From an uncultured Candidatus Peribacteria bacterium (GTDB lineage: Bacteria > Patescibacteriota > Gracilibacteria > Peribacterales > Peribacteraceae), in contig CAZENR010000009.1 in assembly GCA_964513925.1 (NCBI GenBank), positions 476 through 64,475 on the forward strand: DNA of 64,000 nucleotides, given 5' to 3'. Numbering within the stretch: position 1 is the stretch's first letter; each line of letters starts with the position of its first letter. Under the pieces are notes generated by a model. The model saw only the letters and a program-made list of their open reading frames with translations. It searched no databases and was not told the origin of the DNA. Below, piece after piece: positions 1 to 7,572 of the stretch. The translations under genes were made by a program, and so were the position numbers.

Positions 1-16
1 GGAGCAACTGCATCCG

Positions 17-418
17 GTGCAGTTTTCCGGCAGACGTTTTAAAAAAGGTTTAGTGCGCGGCTACATGCAATATGCAACCGGATTCAGCGTGAAGTTCATG
101 CTGCGCCGAGAGCGCGTCATCTTGCAGGTAGTCGACAACAATGGCGAGCCGGTAGATAACGACGGCGCGCTGATGCCCGTACTGCGCGAAGTGCTGTTGC
201 GAGGACTGCGCAAAGTCGGCTCGACCACCGGCGCGACAATCAGCAAAGCCCGCAACACGACGACTGCCACTATTCGCAAGGCCCGCAATACAACAACAGC
301 GACTATCCACAAAGCACGAACAACAACGACTGCAACCATACGAAAAGCACGTAATACAACCAGGGCCACCATTGGTAGGGCGCCGTTTCTGTCCCGAAAG
401 AAGAAGGGCGGTTCATGA
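17..418 (+). CDS. hypothetical protein (possibly 5'-partial) ending in 11-aa tandem repeats
   Basis: Frame is open to the window edge. Third positions are G/C-rich in 17-220. TGA stop at 416-418 is followed by hairpin 418-447. The opposite-strand ORF 61..483 looks less protein-like. Confidence 0.4.
   Translation: MQFSGRRFKKGLVRGYMQYATGFSVKFMLRRERVILQVVDNNGEPVDNDGALMPVLREVLLRGLRKVGSTTGATISKARNTTTATIRKARNTTTATIHKARTTTTATIRKARNTTRATIGRAPFLSRKKKGGS
224..382 (+). repeat. 33-bp tandem repeat, about 4.8 copies, in frame (TTGATISKARN/TTTATIRKARN/TTTATIHKART/TTTATIRKARN/TTRATIGRA)
   Basis: Direct reading of units 224-256, 257-289, 290-322, 323-355 and a partial fifth unit. Confidence 0.85.
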
Positions 419-447
419 AGGCCCGGCAGCACAGGGTGCGCTGCCGG
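418..447. terminator. conserved hairpin AAGGCCCGGCAGCACAGGGTGCGCTGCCGG, identical copy at 949-978
   Basis: Stem CCGGCAGC/GCTGCCGG. Lies downstream of minus-strand gene 495..842 and of plus-strand ORF 17..418. The U-tract is weak. Confidence 0.45.
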
Positions 448-494
448 AGGTTTCGCCTTTGGTGGGTGCCCTTGCGAAGGCACCCGATTGGTTT

Positions 495-842
495 CTAGAG
501 ACCGCTGACGCGCACGCCCGTCATGGGCGGGCCGTCGCCGTTTTGGTCGTCGTACTCGGTGACGATGTACGCACCGACGACGACGAAGTAACTGACGACC
601 GAGATCAGCACGGCCGGGACGATCGAATCGTCACCCGGCACGCAGTAGTACATCAGCGTGCCACCGGCGGTGGACAGGATCGCCGCGACGATGGCGCCGC
701 GACGCTTGTGCCGCAGGTGGGCGGACAGCTTCTTGCTCTGCTTGGAACTGCTGCGACAGCGCAGAAAGACGGGCAGGCCGGCGACCAGCGTGATGGACAG
801 GCAGACACACGCGTACACGAGGGTCAACACCGGGCGGTCCAT
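495..842 (-). CDS. small membrane protein (about 115 aa)
   Basis: ATG at 842 (MDRPVLTLVYACVCLSITLVAGLPVF...). Hydrophobic segments are present. A promoter and a conserved leader lie upstream. Confidence 0.55.
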   Translation of the reverse strand: MDRPVLTLVYACVCLSITLVAGLPVFLRCRSSSKQSKKLSAHLRHKRRGAIVAAILSTAGGTLMYYCVPGDDSIVPAVLISVVSYFVVVGAYIVTEYDDQNGDGPPMTGVRVSGL

Positions 843-879
843 TTCGATGTTCCTTGAAGGATCGGCGAAACCGCGCGGC

Positions 880-907
880 AGTATAGGAATAATCCGCCAC
901 ATGACAA
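880..907 (-). promoter_or_regulatory. sigma70-like promoter TTGTCA-N16-TATACT for 495..842
   Basis: Minus-strand -35 at 902-907 and -10 at 880-885. Confidence 0.45.
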
Positions 908-948
908 GTATATATGACTAGTAGCTCCGGAAGATCTGCATGCATAAA

Positions 949-978
949 AAGGCCCGGCAGCACAGGGTGCGCTGCCGG
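949..978. terminator. second copy of the 30-nt hairpin; intrinsic terminator of 1029..1487
   Basis: Identical to 418-447. On the minus strand the hairpin is followed by GCCTTTTTA; on the plus strand by a T7 run. Confidence 0.55.
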
Positions 979-1028
979 TAGTTCCGCCTTTTTTTAGGGT
1001 AGCCCGTGGGCCACCCAGTTTTTAGTGC

Positions 1029-1487
1029 TTACTTGCCGGGTTTACCCGGCCAACCGTACTTGCGGATGTTCGCGTGCTTCTCACGCGCGCGCACAAGCCA
1101 CGCGCCTTGGTCGTTGAGACCGGATTCCGGTGTGAAGATGGGGCTGAAGACGGCCCCCAGCACCACCACCAGTACGGCGACGATGAGGCAGGCACCGCCT
1201 GCATTCACGACACCGTTCACCGGACCAGAGACCGAGAAGATGTAACCGGAAATGGCCGCGGACAGGAGGGTGATAATGACTGCGTACCCCCGCGTCCACT
1301 TCTGCTGGAAGGTGAGCACGATCCGGATGCTGCCCGGGTCGTCGCCGCGGCGAACCGCGTCTTGCACGTCTTTGTTGTACTCGTTGAGCTGGAACTGGTT
1401 TGGGCCCGTCATGCGCCACGCGAGGTAGAGCAGGGGCAAGCCCCACACCAGCGCGAAGCTGAGGCCGTACAGGAGCGAATCCGTCAT
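1029..1487 (-). CDS. membrane protein (152 aa)
   Basis: ATG start, three or four hydrophobic helices, own promoter and terminator. Confidence 0.6.
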   Translation of the reverse strand: MTDSLLYGLSFALVWGLPLLYLAWRMTGPNQFQLNEYNKDVQDAVRRGDDPGSIRIVLTFQQKWTRGYAVIITLLSAAISGYIFSVSGPVNGVVNAGGACLIVAVLVVVLGAVFSPIFTPESGLNDQGAWLVRAREKHANIRKYGWPGKPGK

Positions 1488-1526
1488 GAGAACACCGTTG
1501 GTTGAAGGATCGGCGGAACTACTCTT

Positions 1527-1554
1527 AGGATATGAAGTACGGAATACTTTACAA
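1527..1554 (-). promoter_or_regulatory. sigma70-like promoter TTGTAA-N16-TATCCT for 1029..1487
   Basis: Minus-strand -35 at 1549-1554 and -10 at 1527-1532. Confidence 0.4.
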
Positions 1555-1628
1555 TACTGGAAAGGATGTTCTGGTGCGTTTTTCGCGTGGGAGGTGAATT
1601 TATGTGTTTTTTGTCCGAGCTTCTATTT

Positions 1629-2016
1629 CCCACTTTTTTAAAAAAGTGGGGTAAAACGTCGCGCGGCAGGCTGGCCTGCGCTCCACGCGCCTTGTGATCC
1701 TAAATTTCTTCGAAATTTCACGGATCACTTCGGCGGGAGCACGACGGCACCAGTCAGATGCGCGACACATCCCTCCGTGTCCAACAATCGAACAGGAACG
1801 AAGGACAAGAATCTGAGCTGCTTCCTTTAGGAAAGAACTCAAGCCACCAAAGGGCGGCGCGCAATGCGCTCGGGGGCCGGAGGTCTGTCCCGCCTCAGCG
1901 GGACGTGGTGGCTCATTGCGCACGCGCTTTTGGTTCTTTTGTCGCTCGGACAAAAGAACGCCTGTATGGATGCCCATCGCCAAGATCAAGGCGGAAGCGG
2001 AGGCTTAATATTTTTT
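1629..2016 (+). ncRNA. structured non-coding element, unknown family, copy 1 (paralogue of 58714-59214)
   Basis: Lies in a 535-nt gene-free gap. Shares with copy 2 a 5' hairpin, a ~190-nt spacer and a ~120-nt core (1841-1959). Stems show compensatory changes, and a 7-nt indel breaks all reading frames. Ends at T-run 2011-2016. Confidence 0.55.
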
Positions 2017-2023
2017 AGCTTTT

Positions 2024-2761
2024 CTAAATCAGCTTTGCAATGTGAAGTAATTCCTCACAAGCAATTCTAAGGCCACCCTGCACCTGATCTATGTCCACTT
2101 TGCGAGCGTTAAATCTACGATTGTGAGCAGAGAGATCTCCCAACTTCTTAAAATCTTGCAATCCCTTTTTAGCATTTCTACTGACAGTAAATGTGGAGTC
2201 CGCCTCAAAAATTTTCAGCAAGTCTGCCAACATATAAAAATGTCCATCACTTCCCTTAATATCAATCGTCCGAGTTTTACTCTCGTATATTTCAATAATC
2301 AGGGTCTCAACAAGACGCCTGCACATAACTGCACAGCAATCATAAAGACCGGAGTCATAACTGGCATTTATCTGTAAAACTACCTTTTCTATGTAGCCCC
2401 TGGTTCCGAGAAAAAGCGCCTTAGGCAAAACACTGTCAGTTGCCTTTGGCTGTTTTGGCAAACCGAGAGTTGACTCGTATGAGATATCTAGCTCTTTTCT
2501 GCCACGAGGGTGCAACCTCCAGTCGTCTTTTTTGCCAGGCACCCGGCTAAACATTTTTTTGTTAGCAGAAAGATTGGCATTAATTCTTGAAATATTCTGC
2601 TTAGGATGACCCAAGTCCAAAAAAACTTTGCAAATCTGCGCAGCCGACATTCCCTGTGTTATATCTTCGCGACCCACATACCACAAAATAGCAGCGGCTC
2701 GGTCAGTAGCTGACAGGTTTATTTCGTCAATTGCCTTAAGGAATGAAATCAATTCAGTCAT
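2024..2761 (-). CDS. wHTH-like N-terminus plus C-terminal DUF4145/HEPN-like domain protein (Abi-like)
   Basis: 245 aa. C-terminal pattern ...CCAVMCRRLVETLIIEIY...LQDFKKLGDLSAHN... resembles the R..GN.aaH signature of DUF4145. Low-GC gene overlapping the upstream ORF by 4 nt (ATGA). Confidence 0.5.
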   Translation of the reverse strand: MTELISFLKAIDEINLSATDRAAAILWYVGREDITQGMSAAQICKVFLDLGHPKQNISRINANLSANKKMFSRVPGKKDDWRLHPRGRKELDISYESTLGLPKQPKATDSVLPKALFLGTRGYIEKVVLQINASYDSGLYDCCAVMCRRLVETLIIEIYESKTRTIDIKGSDGHFYMLADLLKIFEADSTFTVSRNAKKGLQDFKKLGDLSAHNRRFNARKVDIDQVQGGLRIACEELLHIAKLI

Positions 2762-3399
2762 TCATCATTGGAACCCCATTTTTGTGTGCAAAAAGATTTC
2801 GCAATACCTTCTGCTTGCGAAATTTTAGCCGGATTCAAAGTAATGACTCCACCTGGCCTTGCTTGTAGCCACTTAGCATTTTTCACGGCACGACTTGCAT
2901 TGCGATCTGTAATATCAATAGTGAGCAATACGTCAGCAGCATTTGCCTGCGTAGCGTTGCCAAGTCCGGCCTCCTTAAACCAAAGTGCCAATAATGTACC
3001 TGCAAGCGTCGTAGGATTGACTGCATAGGCACCGCGTTCTGGAGTACTTTTCTTCATCGCCTCCCAACAATGACGATCAAGCTGCAAAAAGGGTTTGGTC
3101 TTTGTCGGGTTGATTGCTCCAACCAGCTCAGCCTCTGTAATTCCCAATTTTTTTGCAAATGCAGTAACTGAATTTGCCGGATTCTGATTTGTCGACTGCG
3201 GAGAAAGCTTAGGTGACACTGAGACCTGATTTGCATTGTTCGGCAATGCTACAGGAAATTCTGGCGATTCTGATGTGCTATAAATCACTCCAAGAATTTG
3301 ACGCCAAAGAGCTGGGTCTTCGACTTCTGCAATGACTTTTTCTCCTGCTTTTAGGAGGACTACAAGTTTCTCCTTAGTGGATTTCTGCTTGTTAGACAT
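2758..3399 (-). CDS. hypothetical protein (213 aa), first gene of the low-GC pair
   Basis: ATG start, intact ORF, overlaps the downstream gene by ATGA. No family recognised. Confidence 0.55.
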   Translation of the reverse strand: MSNKQKSTKEKLVVLLKAGEKVIAEVEDPALWRQILGVIYSTSESPEFPVALPNNANQVSVSPKLSPQSTNQNPANSVTAFAKKLGITEAELVGAINPTKTKPFLQLDRHCWEAMKKSTPERGAYAVNPTTLAGTLLALWFKEAGLGNATQANAADVLLTIDITDRNASRAVKNAKWLQARPGGVITLNPAKISQAEGIAKSFCTQKWGSNDE

Positions 3400-3422
3400 A
3401 ATTAATAGTGGAAATTAGCTAT

Positions 3423-3451
3423 AGACTATTAAACGTACTCATCAATGTCAA
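3423..3451 (-). promoter_or_regulatory. possible promoter TTGACA-N17-TAGTCT for the low-GC pair
   Basis: Minus-strand -35 at 3446-3451 and -10 at 3423-3428, inside an AT-rich spacer. Confidence 0.3.
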
Positions 3452-3475
3452 ACATAATGTCTTATGATTTTTGAG

Positions 3476-5509
3476 TCAGATAATTTGCTCCACCGCCCTC
3501 CTCGCCCTCACAACCATTTCCGGGTTAAGGAGTGACCCAAACCGTAGCTCCGGCAGACCGCTCTGGCGGTAGCCATACAACTCTCCTGGGCCGCGCAGTT
3601 TTAGGTCAATTTCCGCCAGCATGAAGCCGGAATCATGCTGCTCCATGGCCTTCAGGCGTTCGGAACGTGCTTGCTCGGGCGTGGTGGTAAAGAGGAAGCA
3701 ATGACTTTGGTAGTCGCCGCGACCCACGCGACCCCGGAACTGGTGCAGCTGCGACAGGCCGAAGCGCTCGCTTCCTTCTATGATGATAAGCGTTGCGTTG
3801 GGTACGTCTATACCCACTTCGATTACCGATGTGGACACAAGGATATCGAAGTGCTTCTCTTTGAATGCGAGCATGACTCTATCCTTCTCTTCAGGCGTCA
3901 TTTTGCCGTGCAGCTTGGCGATTTTGCGGTGCGCGAACGCCTCCTTCAGGCGCTTCTCCTCCGCGTCCACGCTCTTTACTTCGGCCATGGTATCCTCGGT
4001 AGATTCCGTAATGAGCGGGCAGATGACAAATACCTGCCTTCCCTCCCCTATCTGCTGGTCGATAAACAACTCCACCGTCTTGCGACCCGACGGCGGTACG
4101 ACTTTGGTATGAATTGGCTTGCGGTTGCCAGGCTTCTCGGTCAACACGGAAAGATCGTGATCTCCAAAGGCCGTCAGCGCCAGCGTGCGCGGAATGGGTG
4201 TTGCCGTCATGCTGAGGAAGTGAGGACTCCCCTTGTCCTTTAGCCGCTGTCGTTGCGCCACACCGAAACGGTGCTGCTCATCGACGATGGCAAGCACGAG
4301 GTTCGCAAATGTCACCGAATCCTCTATGAGCGAATGCGTGCCGATGACAACGTCCGTCAAGCCCGCACCCAAACTACGGCGAATTGCCTGCGCCTCGGAA
4401 GCCGGGGTAGAGCCTGTAAGCAGCGCCACCGTTGGCAGGCGAATGGAGCGCAAGTGTGCGTACGCCGGGTTCGTGGTTTTTTGGACGAAGCTATGAAAGT
4501 TGAGCAGCATGCGCGTCACACCGCTCATGTGCTGCTTGGCCAGCACCTCGGTAGGAACCATGACTGCACTCTGTCCACCGTGGCGTATGGCATGCAGTAT
4601 CACCGCCACGGCAACCAGTGTTTTTCCGGAGCCGACATCGCCTTCCAGCAAGCGCGACATAGGCTTGTCTTGTTCCATGTCTTTCAAAATCTCGTAAATT
4701 GCCACCTTCTGCCCGCCGGTGGGCTTAAAGGAAAGCGAATCAAAGAATGCCTTAATCACCTCCGGATCCATGGGGATTTGCAGGCGCTTCTGCCGTTCGC
4801 CCTGCCACTCTTTTTTGCGCTCCAATGCCTCGCGCTGGATGGCGAACATCTCCTCGAACGCAAAGCGGTCTTTGGCTGCCGCAAGCTTCTCAGGTGTGGT
4901 TGGATAGTGCAGTTCGAGTATCGCTTCGCTCCTGGAAAGCAGCTGCTCAGATGCAACGACCTCCTCGGGCAGCGTCTCGCGAAACTCTGCAATTGCATCC
5001 TTCACCAGCGCAATCTTCTCACGCAGCCAGCGGCTGGTAATACCTTCGGTTTGGGGATACACCGGCACTATGCGACCGGCATGCAGCAACTGCGTTCGGT
5101 TAGACTGCTCGAACGTCGGGCTTTGTATTTGCAGTTTATAGCCACTCTCCACCACCTTTCCGGTAAGCGTAATGTCCTGCCCGTCGGTGAGCATGCGTTT
5201 AATGTGTGGCTGGTTGAACCACACCACTTGGGCTGCATTCCCTTCCTCGTCTGTAAACTGCCCCTGCACCAGCACCTTACGGGTGCGGGTACGCACCATC
5301 TTCAACTTGGATATCGTGCCGCGCAGGGTCACCTTCTGTCCAAGCGGGGCCTGGAGCAGGGTCATCATCTGGCTTAAATCCTCATGATCGCGCGGAAAAT
5401 GCAGCAAGAGCTCCTCCACGGTTTCTATATCCATGGATTGTAGCCCATCGATAAACGCATCGGTGGTCTTGAGCAGCTTGGCCGTAAGCGTATCGCGCAG
5501 GCGTGGCAC
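3476..5509 (-). CDS. recG: ATP-dependent DNA helicase RecG
   Basis: 677 aa, GTG start. Helicase motifs GDVGSGKT and DEQHRFG with a RecG-type N-terminal wedge region. Confidence 0.92.
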   Translation of the reverse strand: MPRLRDTLTAKLLKTTDAFIDGLQSMDIETVEELLLHFPRDHEDLSQMMTLLQAPLGQKVTLRGTISKLKMVRTRTRKVLVQGQFTDEEGNAAQVVWFNQPHIKRMLTDGQDITLTGKVVESGYKLQIQSPTFEQSNRTQLLHAGRIVPVYPQTEGITSRWLREKIALVKDAIAEFRETLPEEVVASEQLLSRSEAILELHYPTTPEKLAAAKDRFAFEEMFAIQREALERKKEWQGERQKRLQIPMDPEVIKAFFDSLSFKPTGGQKVAIYEILKDMEQDKPMSRLLEGDVGSGKTLVAVAVILHAIRHGGQSAVMVPTEVLAKQHMSGVTRMLLNFHSFVQKTTNPAYAHLRSIRLPTVALLTGSTPASEAQAIRRSLGAGLTDVVIGTHSLIEDSVTFANLVLAIVDEQHRFGVAQRQRLKDKGSPHFLSMTATPIPRTLALTAFGDHDLSVLTEKPGNRKPIHTKVVPPSGRKTVELFIDQQIGEGRQVFVICPLITESTEDTMAEVKSVDAEEKRLKEAFAHRKIAKLHGKMTPEEKDRVMLAFKEKHFDILVSTSVIEVGIDVPNATLIIIEGSERFGLSQLHQFRGRVGRGDYQSHCFLFTTTPEQARSERLKAMEQHDSGFMLAEIDLKLRGPGELYGYRQSGLPELRFGSLLNPEMVVRARRAVEQII

Positions 5510-5560
5510 GTGGATGATTGTACACCCATGCAGTGCCGCCTCGCACTACGATCAACGCGC

Positions 5561-6358
5561 CTAGTAACCTCTGGAACTTGCCGTCGCAGCTTCGCAGTAC
5601 CTGACCGAAGTACAATCGCCCTTTACGGTCGCAGTAGTGGAGTACGACTTTCCTCCGGGACAGTTCATAATGTCATCGGCCCTGTGCTCGGCATCCTTGA
5701 AAGTGATCTTTGGCGGATCTGGGTTGTACTGGAAGCGCAGACCCTTGCTGTCACAGCCTGTCTTGCAAGAATCCGGCAAGCCGCAGCTGTTTTTGAATGC
5801 CTCCAGTCCATCCAGCTTTGCCGAAAGTTGCGCATCGGATAACGCACAACGCTGGGCGATTTTCTTCTGCGCACGACCCTTGGTGTAGGTGCGCAGAATG
5901 GTCCTGCCCGTAGCGTTTACGTCGCGCTTTACCGTTGTGTTGCTGCAGGTTGCCGTGCCGATGTACTCATACCCGTCTTGGCTACTTTGGTGCGAAGAGG
6001 GAATATCACCCTCCTGCACCTCTCCATCCAGCAAAATCTCGCCTTCGAATGGCGAAGCAGCTTCGCTCGGCTCATCGCTGTAGGAGTATGCATCGCCGTC
6101 AAACTCGTCAGCCGTCTCCGTCTCAAGCACCTCGTCTGCGGTCGTTTCGGTGTCGACCAACACGTCATCGGTATTCACCGCTACCTCGGAGGAATACTCG
6201 CCCTCGGTCATCATGTTGAGATCGGTGGTGTCGACAAGCAGATCCGCTTTGTACGACACGGTGCGGAATGCGCCTACGCTGACGGCACCGACCGCCAGCG
6301 CCGTAATGACGAAGGCAGTGGATTGAACGGAGAATGATGCTTTCTTGTTCTTGCGCAT
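5561..6358 (-). CDS. membrane-anchored or secreted protein: acidic linker plus C-terminal 8-Cys domain
   Basis: N-terminal hydrophobic anchor and a D/E-rich linker. The C-terminal ~130 aa align to the C-terminus of 6385..7527. Confidence 0.6.
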   Translation of the reverse strand: MRKNKKASFSVQSTAFVITALAVGAVSVGAFRTVSYKADLLVDTTDLNMMTEGEYSSEVAVNTDDVLVDTETTADEVLETETADEFDGDAYSYSDEPSEAASPFEGEILLDGEVQEGDIPSSHQSSQDGYEYIGTATCSNTTVKRDVNATGRTILRTYTKGRAQKKIAQRCALSDAQLSAKLDGLEAFKNSCGLPDSCKTGCDSKGLRFQYNPDPPKITFKDAEHRADDIMNCPGGKSYSTTATVKGDCTSVRYCEAATASSRGY

Positions 6359-6384
6359 ACAGAGAAGGTGTAGGAGATGGATGT

Positions 6385-7527
6385 TTATCGACGAGAGAAG
6401 TCCTTATTTTCGCAAATACGAGTGGAGGTACACTCGCCTTTCACCGTGGCGGATGCCGCATATGCCTTGTTATCCGCACATGCCATGGCAGTAACCGCAC
6501 GATACTCGGTGACCTTGGTGTCATACACCAGCGGCTTTGGTGACAAATCATGAACAACCCCCTTGTCGCGACAGAGCGTGTCGGACACACACGGGCCCGG
6601 ATTTCCGCAGGAGTTGATAAATGCCTCCTTTGCCTCACGCTGAGCGGAAGCCTCGGCCTCGAGTCGGCTGCAGCGCATGGCTACGTTATCTTCGATCGTA
6701 CGCTTCACAGGAGGGCCAGGCGCCTTGGGCTTTTCACCAGGGCGTGTCGGTGGCCGGGTTGGCGGAGCAAGAAAAATGGTTCGCGTGTATTTCCTCATTC
6801 CCGTCCTGCCAGCGGCGGATACCTTCACTGTCCTGTCGACGTTGGCGCAAATGGCGATGCCGACGAACTCGGATGACGCCCCTCCGGAAATCTGCGAAGA
6901 CGAACTTCCAGCATCGTGGTACGGGTCGTTGGACCACGAGAACAAATCATCCTTGGTAAGTTGATACTCGTTTCCGTATTCGTCTGTGACAACTGAGACA
7001 ACTTCATTGTCATACGGAGCCAGGCCGCACACTGCGGAGTCGGACATGACCAGCTCGTCTTCGTTGATGGTGTCGAATTCTTCAGAAGACGATACGGACG
7101 AGGACATCTGTTCCGACGAGGATTCGGAGGAGGCTACCTGAGAAGAAGACTCCTGTTCGGACGATGAAAACGACGATTCGGACGAATACTCCGAAGAAGA
7201 TTCCGAAGAGGACCAGTACCACCCCCAGTCTGAAGAGGAGTACGAAGAATCTGAAGACGCGTAGGAGTACCACTCGGAAGACGCATACGAGGAGTAGTCG
7301 GAGGAGGAGTAGTCGGAGGAGGAGTAGCCGTAGTCCGAGGAGTAGTCGGAGGAGGAGTAGCCGTAGTCCGAGGAGGAATCCTCGGAGGAGGAGCTGGAAT
7401 CACCGCCAAGGTCACCGGTAAGCCGAAGCGACTGCATCATGCTGACCACAACGACAGAGACGGCAATGAACGCCAGAATCCCAGTAGTCACGCGTACGGA
7501 TGTCTGAGACCGCTTTGCGGTAGGCAT
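6385..7527 (-). CDS. membrane-anchored Ser/Tyr/Asp-rich repeat protein with the same C-terminal 8-Cys domain
   Basis: N-terminal TM segment, SSDYSSDYGYSSSDY-type repeats, a Pro-rich insert, then the shared Cys pattern. Confidence 0.6.
   Translation of the reverse strand: MPTAKRSQTSVRVTTGILAFIAVSVVVVSMMQSLRLTGDLGGDSSSSSEDSSSDYGYSSSDYSSDYGYSSSDYSSSDYSSYASSEWYSYASSDSSYSSSDWGWYWSSSESSSEYSSESSFSSSEQESSSQVASSESSSEQMSSSVSSSEEFDTINEDELVMSDSAVCGLAPYDNEVVSVVTDEYGNEYQLTKDDLFSWSNDPYHDAGSSSSQISGGASSEFVGIAICANVDRTVKVSAAGRTGMRKYTRTIFLAPPTRPPTRPGEKPKAPGPPVKRTIEDNVAMRCSRLEAEASAQREAKEAFINSCGNPGPCVSDTLCRDKGVVHDLSPKPLVYDTKVTEYRAVTAMACADNKAYAASATVKGECTSTRICENKDFSRR
7080..7410 (-). repeat. coding low-complexity tandem repeats (Ser/Asp/Tyr/Glu)
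   Basis: Reiterated GTAGTCGGAGGAGGA / GTAGCCGTAGTCCGAGGA units on the plus strand. Confidence 0.8.
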
Positions 7528-7572
7528 AATTGGGTGTTGGTATTCGGCTTATTATAGCACAATTTTGCATTT

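Noticed and set aside
61-483. Minus-strand ORF with (V/A)VVVLRAL repeats as a third membrane-protein cassette
   Set aside because: Its N-terminus would cover the conserved hairpin at 418-447 and its C-terminal half is Ser/Arg/Thr-rich like antisense sequence. The plus-strand frame has a stronger GC3 signal. This remains uncertain.
1629-2016. Identifying the paired elements as RNase P RNA, tmRNA, SRP RNA, 6S RNA, a group II intron or a T-box
   Set aside because: The hallmark strings are absent: GGAAAGUCCGG and ACAGAA..GGCUUA for RNase P, a tRNA-like CCA end and tag ORF for tmRNA, an AGC-triad domain V for group II introns. The family is left as unknown.
1600-2070. ORFs 1600..1989(-), 1758..2018(+) and 1864..2070(+) across structured element copy 1
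   Set aside because: Arg/Gly/Ser-rich and not protein-like. The homologous region in copy 2 differs by a 7-nt indel, so no reading frame is conserved.
7080-7410. Possible CRISPR or other non-coding repeat array
   Set aside because: The repeats are in-frame Ser/Asp/Tyr codon reiterations inside an intact ORF, with no spacer-repeat periodicity and no cas genes.
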